Shown here one piece after another: positions 27,804 to 37,953 of a DNA stretch of 64,000 nt. The first letter of the stretch is position 1, and the number at the start of each line of letters is the position of its first letter. The DNA is taken from IMG/VR virus record IMGVR_UViG_3300050159_000095, one strand, 5' to 3'. A model generated the notes under the pieces. That model did not search any database. It saw only the letters and a list, made by a program, of their open reading frames with translations, and was not told the DNA's origin. The translations under genes were made by a program, and so were the position numbers. The stretch is from a virus.

Positions 27804-27818
27804 GGTGGGTTTGGGTTG

Positions 27819-27826
27819 TATAAATA
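27819..27826 (+). promoter_or_regulatory. T4-type late promoter
   Basis: Perfect TATAAATA upstream of 27832 and the spanin genes. Confidence 0.75.
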
Positions 27827-27831
27827 GCCTC

Positions 27832-28017
27832 ATGACAACCCAAAAAGACCCTCAACTCCAAAAAATGCAAGCAGCGATTGACCGCCTCGAGAAGGTGGTC
27901 TCTGTGCTGAACCTTCGACTATCTAAGGTTGAAGCTGAGAACAAACGATTGCGTGGTGCGGTTGGTCGTGCCAACAATCAGATTGGACACGTTGAGCGTC
28001 TTACGATGAAAAAGTGA
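27832..28017 (+). CDS. small coiled-coil late protein
   Basis: Directly behind TATAAATA. Confidence 0.65.
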   Translation: MTTQKDPQLQKMQAAIDRLEKVVSVLNLRLSKVEAENKRLRGAVGRANNQIGHVERLTMKK

Positions 28018-28024
28018 CGCTAAC

Positions 28025-28414
28025 ATGCCGTTCCTATCCCTGTTTGGTAAGTACTGGAAATATCTGCTCGTTGCGGCACTTGTGGCCGGCGCATTCCTGT
28101 ACATCAACGGTCTAAAGAGCACAATTGCAGATCAAGAAAAGCAGATCGATGCTCTAACATTAGAGAACCAAATCGTCAAAGACAACAACGCAAAGTTGGA
28201 GGGTGCGATCACCGCATCTAACGAAGCGATTGGTAAATTGTCTACGGGTGCTGCTGATACCAAAAAACAGTTCGATAATCTCAACACCACTGTCAAAAAT
28301 CAGACAGCTGGATTAGAGCTGCGTCTGCGTGGCATCCTAGCGGAAAAGAAACCGCAGACGTGCGAAGACACGATTCAATACTTGCTGCGTGCTGTTGAGG
28401 AGTACTCCAAATGA
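28025..28414 (+). CDS. inner-membrane spanin (Rz-like)
   Basis: N-terminal TM helix followed by coiled coil; ATGA overlap with lipoprotein gene. Confidence 0.8.
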   Translation: MPFLSLFGKYWKYLLVAALVAGAFLYINGLKSTIADQEKQIDALTLENQIVKDNNAKLEGAITASNEAIGKLSTGAADTKKQFDNLNTTVKNQTAGLELRLRGILAEKKPQTCEDTIQYLLRAVEEYSK

Positions 28415-28785
28415 AAGCGCTGATCGCACTAATCATCGCCGTATCATTGGCGGGATGCCAAACTACGGTGATCAAAAAGGAAATTGTAACAGTTGACAAA
28501 CCTATTGCATTTGTTCCAAAGCCACCCGAAGTGCCCAAGTTTGTGTCTGAGGTGGACAAGCTGAGTCCAGCCGACGCAGCGGATCCTGGCAAAGTTGGCG
28601 TTGCGTACAAATACGACATGCTACAACTACGTAAATTGTTGATGGTGTATGAGATGATTGTTGAACAATACCGCCAATCCTCCCAGAACTTCGACAAAAT
28701 CAACGCCGAAATCAACGCCCTGTTCAACAAGATCAACGAGGCAGAAGCTGCTAAGGTCAAGGCGTTGACGGAGCCGTCAAGATAA
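28411..28785 (+). CDS. outer-membrane lipoprotein spanin (Rz1-like)
   Basis: Lipobox LAGC; Pro-rich PKPPEVPK. Confidence 0.8.
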   Translation: MKALIALIIAVSLAGCQTTVIKKEIVTVDKPIAFVPKPPEVPKFVSEVDKLSPADAADPGKVGVAYKYDMLQLRKLLMVYEMIVEQYRQSSQNFDKINAEINALFNKINEAEAAKVKALTEPSR

Positions 28786-28826
28786 GCGATAATTGACTGA
28801 TCGCGTTACCCTTATGTCGGAGGCTC

Positions 28827-29366
28827 ATGTTTGGTTTGTTTCTCAAGCGCACTGACAATTATTCCCACCTCGATCTCGACCTTGTTGATGATCTAGCAGA
28901 TACTCCAGCGTCGGATGACTACGGCATTATCAGCGACTGGACTACTACGTCTGATGTGTGGGCTACACTGTCGGAAGCCGACCAGCTGATGATGTACCAA
29001 CACCAACCAGCAGCAGCACGGCGTGGGATCATCCGCTCCAAGCTGCTGATCGACCGTCCGTTGTACATCAGCAACGCCACGCAAATGGTTAACAATGCCC
29101 TGCCCAACCTGGCTGCTGCGCAACGAACTGAGGTCACACGAGCTGTCATCAACGTTGCCATGAACTCTCAGTATACCGCTCTGATTGATGAAGCGGAGAA
29201 GCGTGCTGCTGATCGTGCTCGCCGGCTTCAAGCTGACCGACGCCACACGGAAACCCTCGAGTCGTTGCGAGCCATCAAACAGTCGATCAACCAAATGAAT
29301 GTGGTTGATATTGCAGTCAACTTCGTGAAAGCACATCCGTTCTTGACGGGGCTTTTGTTGCCGTGA
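28827..29366 (+). CDS. hypothetical protein
   Basis: GGAGG RBS. Confidence 0.75.
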   Translation: MFGLFLKRTDNYSHLDLDLVDDLADTPASDDYGIISDWTTTSDVWATLSEADQLMMYQHQPAAARRGIIRSKLLIDRPLYISNATQMVNNALPNLAAAQRTEVTRAVINVAMNSQYTALIDEAEKRAADRARRLQADRRHTETLESLRAIKQSINQMNVVDIAVNFVKAHPFLTGLLLP

Positions 29367-29414
29367 CCGCTTTTGCGGTCATAAATACACCACAACTTTA
29401 CTTTGTGGTGCAAT

Positions 29415-30152
29415 ATGAGCGGACCAGGACCAGAAAACGAATTCTCTCGCAAATCGTCAGAAATGCGCTACCCTTCCCAGTACGATAACAAGGACTGGGG
29501 CGCCGTCACCAAACTAAAGCGTCGCAAGGTAACAAGCAAGGACAGTAAGACAGGGGCCACGTACGGCTCTCGTGCAATCATGACAAAAGAAAACACCCTT
29601 CCTACGTTCTCTGCTTATTTGGCAGAAGGTGATGATATCACTACCCTACCTGATTCGGTCATCGGTGAGATTAAGAGTAACATCAACAAAGGCGCAAAGG
29701 ATCTGGCCCAGAAGTGGAAGAACGCGATTGAGCTGGTGCATACTGCATATCACGTTGCAAACGTCCGTCGTCCAACCCCCAACGACAAAGGTGCTTGGAA
29801 GCAGTACGAAGCCCTCTTGAAGGTGGGTGTGGAAGCACTATCCAAGACGCGTGGTATCAACGGATCGTGGCGCACAACAAATATGCTTGTGCGTGAAGCT
29901 GCAAACACCCCAATGCCCAAACCAGTGGAAGGAGACGTTGGGAAGCGTCGCTTCTTCGTTGAGATCCCTGGAATGGCTGCAATGGAAGCTGATGCAAAGA
30001 ATATCGACGAGGTGATCGACGCGTTCACAAACAAGCTACGCCGCAACGGCGCAACTGTTCGAGTAGAAGAGCGTACGAAAACACACGCAATTTTGGGCGT
30101 CTACGTCAACGACGTTAAGCGAGACAAAGTCATCGTTAAAGAAGTGTCATAA
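29415..30152 (+). CDS. late hypothetical protein
   Basis: ATAAATA at 29381-29387; start uncertain (29415 or 29463). Confidence 0.7.
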   Translation: MSGPGPENEFSRKSSEMRYPSQYDNKDWGAVTKLKRRKVTSKDSKTGATYGSRAIMTKENTLPTFSAYLAEGDDITTLPDSVIGEIKSNINKGAKDLAQKWKNAIELVHTAYHVANVRRPTPNDKGAWKQYEALLKVGVEALSKTRGINGSWRTTNMLVREAANTPMPKPVEGDVGKRRFFVEIPGMAAMEADAKNIDEVIDAFTNKLRRNGATVRVEERTKTHAILGVYVNDVKRDKVIVKEVS

Positions 30153-30213
30153 TTGTTGACTACCCTTATCGATTGTTGTATTGTATCCGGTACAACAATA
30201 AGAAAGGGTTCCC

Positions 30214-31074
30214 ATGGCCAGGAAACGCCTCAACGGCTCTACACCATCGTTCTGTTTTATTGCACCCACGCAATATCTTGACCAAGCAGCTTCTGCTAGC
30301 AACACTCACCTCGTACTTGCACACCTCGTTGACCACGACGAGGCATATGCAAACTACTACAAGACGCGGGGCGAACTTGGCGACTTCATCATGATGGACA
30401 ACAGTGCGTATGAGCTTAAAGAGCCATACGCACCCGAAAAGCTGATCGAGCTGGCACGCAAGTGTGGCGCTCAGTATGTTGTTCTTCCTGATTATCCGTT
30501 CCAACCAAGCACAAAGACTGTTGAAGCAGCTCAGAAGTTCATTCCTCAATTCAAGAATGAAGGGCTCGGTACATTCTTTGTCCCTCAGTCAACTGTTGGC
30601 GACCTTGAAGATTGGATCCAATCGTATACCTGGGCTGCAAATAACCCCGACATTGACATCATCGGCATGTCAATCCTCGGTGTTCCCAACGCAATCCCGT
30701 ATGTTGAGCCAGCTTACGCTCGTGTTGTAATGACACAGATTCTGTTGGATCGGGGCTTGTTTGCGAAACACAAACACCACCACTATCTCGGTCTCAATGC
30801 TGGTCCTGCCCTGGAGATTCCATCCCTCCTTCGCATGAACGTGCTGGATACGATTGACAGCTCCAATCCTGTGTGGATGGCAATTCTCGGTCATCGCTAT
30901 CAACCCAACACCGACTCGTACCTTGCCGTCCGCAAAGTCAATACCCCAGTTGACTTTGCCATCAAGCGATCGAAGGACGCTGATACGTTAGAACGCGTTA
31001 CACATAATGTTGCAATGACTCAAAAGCTGTTTACGGAAGCCAACAGCCAACGTGTGTGGTATGCGCAGGAGTAA
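30214..31074 (+). CDS. TGT/DpdA-like guanine transglycosylase-fold protein
   Basis: MDNSAYE; VLPD; HYLG; DSSNP motifs resemble TGT-like TIM barrels; QueE and QueD in window. Confidence 0.55.
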   Translation: MARKRLNGSTPSFCFIAPTQYLDQAASASNTHLVLAHLVDHDEAYANYYKTRGELGDFIMMDNSAYELKEPYAPEKLIELARKCGAQYVVLPDYPFQPSTKTVEAAQKFIPQFKNEGLGTFFVPQSTVGDLEDWIQSYTWAANNPDIDIIGMSILGVPNAIPYVEPAYARVVMTQILLDRGLFAKHKHHHYLGLNAGPALEIPSLLRMNVLDTIDSSNPVWMAILGHRYQPNTDSYLAVRKVNTPVDFAIKRSKDADTLERVTHNVAMTQKLFTEANSQRVWYAQE

Positions 31075-31077
31075 GCG

Positions 31078-31743
31078 ATGAGCTATCCTCTTGACCAACA
31101 ATTCAGAGACGCTTGTGCTGACTCTATGCAGCACAATCTAGACTCAATGCATAAGCTGCGCCCAGACACCACCTCTACAATCCGTGAGATGATTGCAGTA
31201 GCTCGCATGCCATACAGTACATCAAACATTGACACCGAAGGCGACACTCTGGACCGCCATTCCTGGTCTCCGTACGGAAACGCATTGGAGGTAGTTGACG
31301 TTGCTATGTGGTACCACGTGGGTAATGACGTTGACACAATTGTTTGCCGATCACTACCGAACCAGCACCAGCGAAAGATTGACATTGGTACGACGCATGG
31401 CACAGTCCAAGTAAAGCGAGCTCGTATTGGTACGTACGGCGACGTCTTTATCTCCAGAGATGAGATCAAAGGTGAAGCAGTTTGGATTGACTTCATTGAC
31501 GGAGCCAACCGCAAATTATACAGGCTATCACGTGAAACATTCCGATCATATGTTCGCGAACGCGAATGGGCGGCAATTGAACCGTGGAAGCTGGCTTCCG
31601 TTGACCGCACGACGGACACGATTGGGTGGCATTTGAAACCGGCATGGGCGATTGAATGTGGATGGTTAACTGTTGTTGACATACCCAATCATATTCAAGT
31701 ACCATACTACGATCACCGCACGAAGACGGTTGAGGTAAAGTAA
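31078..31743 (+). CDS. hypothetical protein, possible PD-(D/E)xK fold
   Basis: KID...VQVKR pattern; weak. Confidence 0.5.
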   Translation: MSYPLDQQFRDACADSMQHNLDSMHKLRPDTTSTIREMIAVARMPYSTSNIDTEGDTLDRHSWSPYGNALEVVDVAMWYHVGNDVDTIVCRSLPNQHQRKIDIGTTHGTVQVKRARIGTYGDVFISRDEIKGEAVWIDFIDGANRKLYRLSRETFRSYVREREWAAIEPWKLASVDRTTDTIGWHLKPAWAIECGWLTVVDIPNHIQVPYYDHRTKTVEVK

Positions 31744-31744
31744 A

Positions 31745-32305
31745 ATGTTCATCAAACCCACATACGCAATTGAACAAGGCTGGATTCGTGGAATCACAGA
31801 TCCAGCTAAGCAGGTTCAACCTAACGCCATCGACTTTACGCTGGACAGACTGGCGATGGTTCAGCAAAATCAAGGCCCACTTCCATTCCTAACTGAAGAT
31901 CGTAAAAATATGCGCACTTCTGTTGATGTTGAGCTATCGCCTCAACTGACGTGGACGAACAAGGAAGATCAATCCACGTGGACAACGGAACGCTTGTGGC
32001 ATATGCACGCAGGTCGGGTATACGACGGCATGTCTGATATGTACGTTGAGCTGCCTGACGGAGTCGCGGCAATTTTGTACACCCGCTCCACACTAGCTCG
32101 CAACGGCGTATTCCTGATGAGTGGCCTGTACGACAGCGGATACAAGGGCCATATTGGATTTACCATCTATCCCATTGCCGGCCCGTTCACTATCGGACCG
32201 GGTACACGCGTTGGTCAGATCGCGTTCGTTCGAGCAGAGTCTGCAGGCCTGTACGCAGGTGGATGGAATCATAACGAAGGTACTCACTACACGGAGACAA
32301 AATGA
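31745..32305 (+). CDS. dCTP deaminase/dUTPase family
   Basis: QVQPNAIDFTL; RSTLARNG; GLYDSGYKG; RVGQI. Confidence 0.88.
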   Translation: MFIKPTYAIEQGWIRGITDPAKQVQPNAIDFTLDRLAMVQQNQGPLPFLTEDRKNMRTSVDVELSPQLTWTNKEDQSTWTTERLWHMHAGRVYDGMSDMYVELPDGVAAILYTRSTLARNGVFLMSGLYDSGYKGHIGFTIYPIAGPFTIGPGTRVGQIAFVRAESAGLYAGGWNHNEGTHYTETK

Positions 32306-32490
32306 CAGACACAGAACGCATTGAGCGCCTCGAGCGCCTCGTATCAACACAACAAGTAGTAATCGGCGACCTTCAGCGGAAGGTGGACTACATTGCTCTG
32401 GGGCTCGGTCTCAAGCCTGAATCGACAGGCGGCCGTACAGAGACAGGTATGGGCCCAATCATTACTCCGGAAAAGTCAGGATACGTATGA
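32302..32490 (+). CDS. small hypothetical protein
   Basis: ATGA overlaps at both ends. Confidence 0.7.
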   Translation: MTDTERIERLERLVSTQQVVIGDLQRKVDYIALGLGLKPESTGGRTETGMGPIITPEKSGYV

Positions 32491-33110
32491 CAACAGGCAA
32501 GAAGCCACGCGGCTATATTGAAAAAGCTTTATTCATCGACTGTGAAACGTCAGGTCTTGCATATAACTGCGACGACCCTTCGTATGATCCAGCAACCGGA
32601 CAGAAGTTCCAAGCGGTCTCCTTTGGCTTGATTGTGGTCAACATGAATACTCTCAGGGTTGTTGAGAAGCTATATGTTGAGATCAAGTGGGACGGAGAGA
32701 GTGTGTGGGATAAGCGCGCTCAATCTGTACACGGTTTGTCCTTGGAATACCTAGAAGACAACGGCCTCTCACCTGAAGACGCAGTAGTTGAAATCGCCAC
32801 GTTGATTATCAACCATTGGGGTCCTGACGGTGTTGTGTGTCTAGGTGGACATAATGTGGCTACGTTTGACAAGTGGTTCCTGCAGCGTCTATTGCGTAGC
32901 CAGGGAATCAATATTCGGTTCGGCAGCAAGACAATTGATACAAACGCAATTGGTCTAGCCACATTTGGGACACATAACAGCGACGATTTGTTCGAAGCTG
33001 TTGGTCTGCCAACTCGAGACCCCGAGCGCCACAATGCCCTCACTGATGCTATGAACTGCGTTGAAGTGATTCGAGTGGTTCGTAGCGTATTCAACCAATG
33101 TCTGGAATAA
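32487..33110 (+). CDS. DEDDh exonuclease (DnaQ-like)
   Basis: FIDCETSGL; GHNVATFD; HNALTDA. Confidence 0.9.
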   Translation: MTTGKKPRGYIEKALFIDCETSGLAYNCDDPSYDPATGQKFQAVSFGLIVVNMNTLRVVEKLYVEIKWDGESVWDKRAQSVHGLSLEYLEDNGLSPEDAVVEIATLIINHWGPDGVVCLGGHNVATFDKWFLQRLLRSQGINIRFGSKTIDTNAIGLATFGTHNSDDLFEAVGLPTRDPERHNALTDAMNCVEVIRVVRSVFNQCLE

Positions 33111-33112
33111 TA

Positions 33113-33328
33113 ATGACCAAGAAAATTCGTATTGAAAACGCTGACACATCCAATTGGAAAGTATCCGTAGAAGTGTGGCAAGTTGGCAGCGCTGTAGAAG
33201 GTGGTGATAACAAGCCTGACACCAAACTGCGGACAGTTGAAATCAACAATACTTGTCAGCTTGCAGAAGAGTACATTCACAGCGGACAGTATCTCATTGT
33301 CCGGGAAGCCGTTCCGAGCGAGAAGTAA
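33113..33328 (+). CDS. hypothetical protein
   Basis: Tightly packed between neighbours. Confidence 0.65.
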   Translation: MTKKIRIENADTSNWKVSVEVWQVGSAVEGGDNKPDTKLRTVEINNTCQLAEEYIHSGQYLIVREAVPSEK

Positions 33329-33783
33329 TGTCACAGCCAAAATTCATCACCAGCCCATCATACGACGCGCTACATAGCGCTGCTGTAATGATGGTTCGCG
33401 AAATTCGCACAATGGGATGGATTGACGCAGTTGTCGCCCCAGCTCGGGGCGGCCTATTGTTCGGCGTCATTGCATCGCATAAACTAAATGTACCACTGAT
33501 CCCAGTCAGCTACTCATCCAAGAGTGGAGCGGGAGACGATAAGAACCATTCGAACGAATTGCCGGAAATGAGCGGATCAATCAATACGATCCTGATTACG
33601 GACGACATCGTTGATTCTGGTAAGACGCTTAAGGAAATGGTGCGGCACTACGAAGACCATGGAATCAAGGTCCTAACAGCTGCATTTCACTTCAAAGAAT
33701 CAGCTGTGTATCATCCATCGGTGTACTACTGGCGCATCCCGGAGGATAGTGAGTTCATCAATTATCCGTACGAGTTGTCGTAA
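33328..33783 (+). CDS. purine phosphoribosyltransferase (Gpt/Hpt-like)
   Basis: ARGG; LITDDIVDSGKT; INYPYE. Confidence 0.9.
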   Translation: MSQPKFITSPSYDALHSAAVMMVREIRTMGWIDAVVAPARGGLLFGVIASHKLNVPLIPVSYSSKSGAGDDKNHSNELPEMSGSINTILITDDIVDSGKTLKEMVRHYEDHGIKVLTAAFHFKESAVYHPSVYYWRIPEDSEFINYPYELS

Positions 33784-33998
33784 TGTACACAATTGTCAAT
33801 GTTATCCGTGATGCACTAACAGGTCAACTGCGATTTGCAAGTAAGCTGGTGGTTGCAAATCGCCGGTCTATTTGCAACTCGTGTGAGGTTCGAAACGTGA
33901 AAACCAACACATGCACTGCATGCGGTTGTTATCTTCCGTGGAAAACACAGCTCAAATCATCTTCGTGTCCGATGGAGCTATGGCAAGCGGAACCTTGA
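33783..33998 (+). CDS. small Cys-rich protein
   Basis: RSICNSC..CTACGC..K....CPMELW. Confidence 0.75.
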   Translation: MYTIVNVIRDALTGQLRFASKLVVANRRSICNSCEVRNVKTNTCTACGCYLPWKTQLKSSSCPMELWQAEP

Positions 33999-34002
33999 CC
34001 TG

Positions 34003-34031
34003 TTGACATTACGGGTCAACTGACGGATAAT
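34003..34031 (+). promoter_or_regulatory. sigma70-like promoter
   Basis: TTGACA-N17-GATAAT. Confidence 0.55.
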
Positions 34032-34138
34032 ATCAACGTCGTAACCGCAACGGTTGATCGGGCGCTGTTGACGATATTACGGTTACCCGGTAACGTAGTA
34101 TTAACCCGAATTTCGTTGGGATTTAAGGAGTATTTCTC

Positions 34139-34711
34139 ATGAGTAACAAACTGACGCTGTCTTGGCCTGATCGTTTTGCAGTGATCGATCACTACAAACC
34201 CAGTGATGACCGAGTGTGTAGCGTGTTCGGGATCACCCCCGATGAACTGTTGATCGCACGACAGCTTCGTGCACACGGCACGATCATGGTCAATGATGCA
34301 CTGGACGTGCAACGCTATGCCAACGTGTTCGACCAAGACACCTCACCTTCCACTCGTCCTACCTCTACACTCGTTCAGCCGAACGCTATCCGCCCTACCG
34401 CTGCACCGACCCGTCCAGCTGGTGGATCTACCACCTACGTCAAGCCTGAGTCCGCAACCAAGCGTCCCAAAGAGCCGCAAAAGCGTGGTCGTAAGGGCGA
34501 CAAGATCGCTCGCGCGCTCGCATCTGTTCCCACTTCGCAGGTGCCCGTTGACCAGTTCATCCGTCAACACGACGTCTCCTTGGCTGTTCTCCGCCAATCC
34601 AAGCGCTTCCTCGACGCTCTGCCTGTTGAACAACGCCGTGCTATCGGCAAGATCAACGTGCGCCAAGACAAGTCGTCCAAGGTGCTGATGATTTGGCGCG
34701 AAACCGAGTAA
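34139..34711 (+). CDS. hypothetical basic protein, possible DNA binding
   Basis: AAGGAG RBS; two folded segments joined by Pro/Thr linker. Confidence 0.8.
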   Translation: MSNKLTLSWPDRFAVIDHYKPSDDRVCSVFGITPDELLIARQLRAHGTIMVNDALDVQRYANVFDQDTSPSTRPTSTLVQPNAIRPTAAPTRPAGGSTTYVKPESATKRPKEPQKRGRKGDKIARALASVPTSQVPVDQFIRQHDVSLAVLRQSKRFLDALPVEQRRAIGKINVRQDKSSKVLMIWRETE

Positions 34712-34772
34712 CTGCTTCGGTACCGCAATACATATAAGGGCTACCGGTTGGGTAGCCCTTATCTTATATCGC

Positions 34773-35384
34773 ATGCCATCTCCTAAGCAACTGTCCACTC
34801 TAGAACGATATGTGGGTGCAATCCACGAAATCCTGATCGACCAAATATCTGGCGTACGATCTGGTGCTCCGAGACAAATTGTATCCAATCGTTCTGTGTT
34901 CATTCGAATGCTTGGACAGCTGCTGTATGAAGCACCAAATCTCCACACTGGGAAGTGTAGCGTACGTTTGGTTGAGCAAAAGCTGAAAAACTTCAACACG
35001 AAGCCGTGTCACGAACACCATCACGGTCGTCAAAAGGGCGGGCTAGCTCTGGTTCAGCTGGTTGACGCAGCTGTTGTGTCTGGTATTGATCCGACCAAGG
35101 ATCAAGTGCGCGACATTGCACTCCAATACTGCCAGGTGCACTACACAACAGCAAAAGAGAACGCACTGCTACGTAAACAACAGCGCAAATGCTCAAGTGA
35201 GGCGGCGTATAGGCGGTCAAACATTGTGTTGATTGACGCGCCGGATCTGTTTACGCACCAAGGCAGACATCCAGAGCAATGGAAGCAAGCAATGCGTGAC
35301 AAGTATCAACCAATCATTGATGCTATTCACAACCCCCCTATGCCAAATGCCCCAATTATTGAACTTCCACTTGTCATACACTAA
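34773..35384 (+). CDS. hypothetical protein
   Basis: 203-aa ORF; HEHHH motif. Confidence 0.65.
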   Translation: MPSPKQLSTLERYVGAIHEILIDQISGVRSGAPRQIVSNRSVFIRMLGQLLYEAPNLHTGKCSVRLVEQKLKNFNTKPCHEHHHGRQKGGLALVQLVDAAVVSGIDPTKDQVRDIALQYCQVHYTTAKENALLRKQQRKCSSEAAYRRSNIVLIDAPDLFTHQGRHPEQWKQAMRDKYQPIIDAIHNPPMPNAPIIELPLVIH

Positions 35385-35425
35385 CAAGTGAGGGAGACTG
35401 CTACTATTACCTGAAAAGGATAACA

Positions 35426-36322
35426 ATGAAACACGAAATCTCAGAAATCTTCCTGTCGCTTGAAGGTGAAGGCCCATTCACTGCTCATCCAACAGCCTAC
35501 ATCCGTTTCGGCAGGTGCAACCTGAAGTGCCCTCACTTCAACAACCACAGTAAGGAAGTGACGGATAAGGGCTATGCTCCTATCAGCTTCAATCCAGCTG
35601 ATTACCAAAGCATTCACGACATCCCTCTGATCAAGATGGGCTGTGATAGCCAATACGCAGTCAATCCCGCGTTTGCGCATATGTGGGAAAAGATGACAAC
35701 TGATGAATTGGTTGATCGGTTGGTTGATATGCTTCCCGGAAAGTCTTGGGTGCACCCCGTCACTGGTCTGCCTGTGATCCTGTCTCTAACAGGCGGTGAA
35801 CCCACTCTAAAGTGGAAATTCATCCCTGACATTCTCAACCATCCGAAGATGCAGGATTGCAAGCACGTTCTGGTTGAAACCAACTGCACAGTGCCGTTCA
35901 AGCGTCAATTCACGATGGACATCTCAGAGTGGATGAGCAAAGATCCTGAACGCACGTGGACGTGGAGTAATTCGCCAAAGCTATCCGCTAGCGGTGAGAA
36001 GTGGGAAGATGCGATCATCCCCTCCATCGCCAATCTACAGCGTGAGATCATTGGTGACTACACCTGCGATCGCGTGAACCAATACTTCAAGTTTGTTGTC
36101 GGACCTCGCGAAGAGGACTTTGAGGAAGTTGCACGGGCAATGGAAGAATACTACGCTGCCGGCATCCCACGTACACCGAATGTGTGGATTATGCCAGAAG
36201 CGTGCACTCAAGAGCAGCAGCAGTCAATCGACCAGCAAGTTGCAAAGATGTGCATGGAGAAAGGCTACATGTTCTGCTATCGTTTTCAGAATGCTCTTTG
36301 GGGTAACGGCGTGGGTACCTAA
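35426..36322 (+). CDS. queE: 7-carboxy-7-deazaguanine synthase (radical SAM)
   Basis: EIFLSLEGEG; RFGRCNLKC..CDS; LTGGEP; VETN; SPKL; YFKFVV; WGN. Confidence 0.9.
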   Translation: MKHEISEIFLSLEGEGPFTAHPTAYIRFGRCNLKCPHFNNHSKEVTDKGYAPISFNPADYQSIHDIPLIKMGCDSQYAVNPAFAHMWEKMTTDELVDRLVDMLPGKSWVHPVTGLPVILSLTGGEPTLKWKFIPDILNHPKMQDCKHVLVETNCTVPFKRQFTMDISEWMSKDPERTWTWSNSPKLSASGEKWEDAIIPSIANLQREIIGDYTCDRVNQYFKFVVGPREEDFEEVARAMEEYYAAGIPRTPNVWIMPEACTQEQQQSIDQQVAKMCMEKGYMFCYRFQNALWGNGVGT

Positions 36323-36332
36323 TCCATTGCCG

Positions 36333-36363
36333 TAAAGAAGCCGCAGAATCTGCGGCTTCTTTA
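36333..36363. terminator. bidirectional intrinsic terminator
   Basis: TAAAGAAGCCGCAG-AAT-CTGCGGCTTCTTTA. Confidence 0.85.
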
Positions 36364-36365
36364 CT

Positions 36366-37109
36366 TCACTCACCAAGATCCTTATTGGGACACTTCCAAT
36401 GAAATCCCCCCGCGTGGTAAATTTGTCCTTTGAAGTATTTGTACAGAGTTGATGGGTCGACCCCTGTAGCACGCTTCATTGCCACGCCCGATGGATATGA
36501 AGCAATGAAGTTCCACTCCATATCGTATTGTTCGTATACATTTTTGGTGGTCCGCACATCCTTGGTAACTGCTTCCTTAGGTTGATCACTATAAGACCAC
36601 TGATAGCCAGCTACGGTCTTGGTGTTGTGCTTACCACTACAGGCATTAAGGATCGCAGTGTGTGAGACACCCATTGCCTTCGCCGCTTGTGTCACCGCAG
36701 GCCAACATTTGATCAGCGTCCCGTCAGTAGCGAATTGGTAGACAGCCTTTGGCGGTAGTCTTCCGTTCTTATTCCCAGCCTTACCAGCTCCCTTAATCCC
36801 GCCACCTCCAGGATGGCGATTAGTTAGGATTCCTCCGTCTTTCCGCATTCCGTATTGCTTAATCATCTGCTTCTCGGTGGTTGCTGTATGGGTTTGATCA
36901 ACACACGGATGCACGGTAAGTGTTGGTGTCAGACCTTCAAAAAGTATGCTGTTAATAACGTCACACTTTTCCGGGTTGGCTGTCTTCCCAGACTTAGCCT
37001 CTCCAATATGATCTTGTAACCTTTTGTTTGTCGTTGCCCCAGACCCAGCACCCACGTAAAATGGTTGTTGATTCCTCGGGTCAATGAGCTCATAGACATA
37101 GTGTTTCAT
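36366..37109 (-). mobile_element. GIY-YIG (LEM-3-like) homing endonuclease with NUMOD1-like repeats
   Basis: HYVYELIDPR..PFYVGAG; LTN; two repeats VYQF..DG..I..W...AAK. Confidence 0.85.
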
Positions 37110-37404
37110 GATGGTTCTCCTTGCTCGTATTTATGCTCCGGTAATGGAGTGGGAACAAATCATGACGACATATTCATTGGCAGGATGGCAACAAGGACAA
37201 TGCTCTTTGTACACAACTACCGGCACGTTGGAAGAAATGAAGCGACTGTTGATCCAAGAATTTACAAAATGGGTTCCGTTCGAAGACATTAGGTTTGGAG
37301 AGGTGGAAGATCGCGTTGATGTGTATCTAGCATTCGTTGGTGAAACATACGATCCAGCCCAACTACATTTTGTCATTGAACCACTCAATGGCGTGGGTAC
37401 CTAA
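37108..37404 (+). CDS. hypothetical protein ending in same GVGT* as QueE
   Basis: True start uncertain (maybe 37162). Confidence 0.55.
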   Translation: MMVLLARIYAPVMEWEQIMTTYSLAGWQQGQCSLYTTTGTLEEMKRLLIQEFTKWVPFEDIRFGEVEDRVDVYLAFVGETYDPAQLHFVIEPLNGVGT

Positions 37405-37405
37405 C

Positions 37406-37612
37406 ATGACGACACAAACTGACATCACTGAGTACTACGTGAATTGCCCAGGTAGTTCCACGGGGTATGCACATATCACTGGAGCTCGGACAATTGAAGA
37501 AGCTATGCAGCTTGTGCAGAATGCGTACGCCAACTGTGGCAAGCGAGAAATTGTGATTAAGCGCTACCGTTTGGAAAGCTCACACAGCATTTTCATCAAC
37601 ACTGATCAGTAA
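37406..37612 (+). CDS. small hypothetical protein
   Basis: ATG 2 nt after previous stop. Confidence 0.6.
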   Translation: MTTQTDITEYYVNCPGSSTGYAHITGARTIEEAMQLVQNAYANCGKREIVIKRYRLESSHSIFINTDQ

Positions 37613-37650
37613 ATCTAAATAGCGAGATACCACTAACAGAGGAGCTCGCT

Positions 37651-37908
37651 ATGAAGATGAAAGTTGCCGATCGCCCACGTATTACTCTTTACGAGTTCCT
37701 AGAATTAGTGCTCATGTGGCACTGTAGCGGTGACATTCCCATGGACCGCGTTTCGATGTGTACATTCATTGAGGACGAGCATTTTGCAGAGTTCTTAATG
37801 AGTGTGCAGCATTGGTGTGGCGTACTCGGGTTGACAATCCCCGATCGCTCCGACGTTATTAAGACGTTGCATCAACTGTACAATGACCCAGCGCTGCTCA
37901 ACAGTTGA
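37651..37908 (+). CDS. hypothetical protein
   Basis: GAGGAG RBS. Confidence 0.75.
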   Translation: MKMKVADRPRITLYEFLELVLMWHCSGDIPMDRVSMCTFIEDEHFAEFLMSVQHWCGVLGLTIPDRSDVIKTLHQLYNDPALLNS

Positions 37909-37953
37909 GGTCTAACCGGCATCCCATATATAATTACTCAAAAGGAGTTTATT

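Larger units (their letters stand above)
36308..37404. repeat. 15-bp direct repeat GGCGTGGGTACCTAA at 36308-36322 and 37390-37404
   Basis: Identical sequence encoding GVGT* at ends of queE and ORF 37108..37404. Confidence 0.9.
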
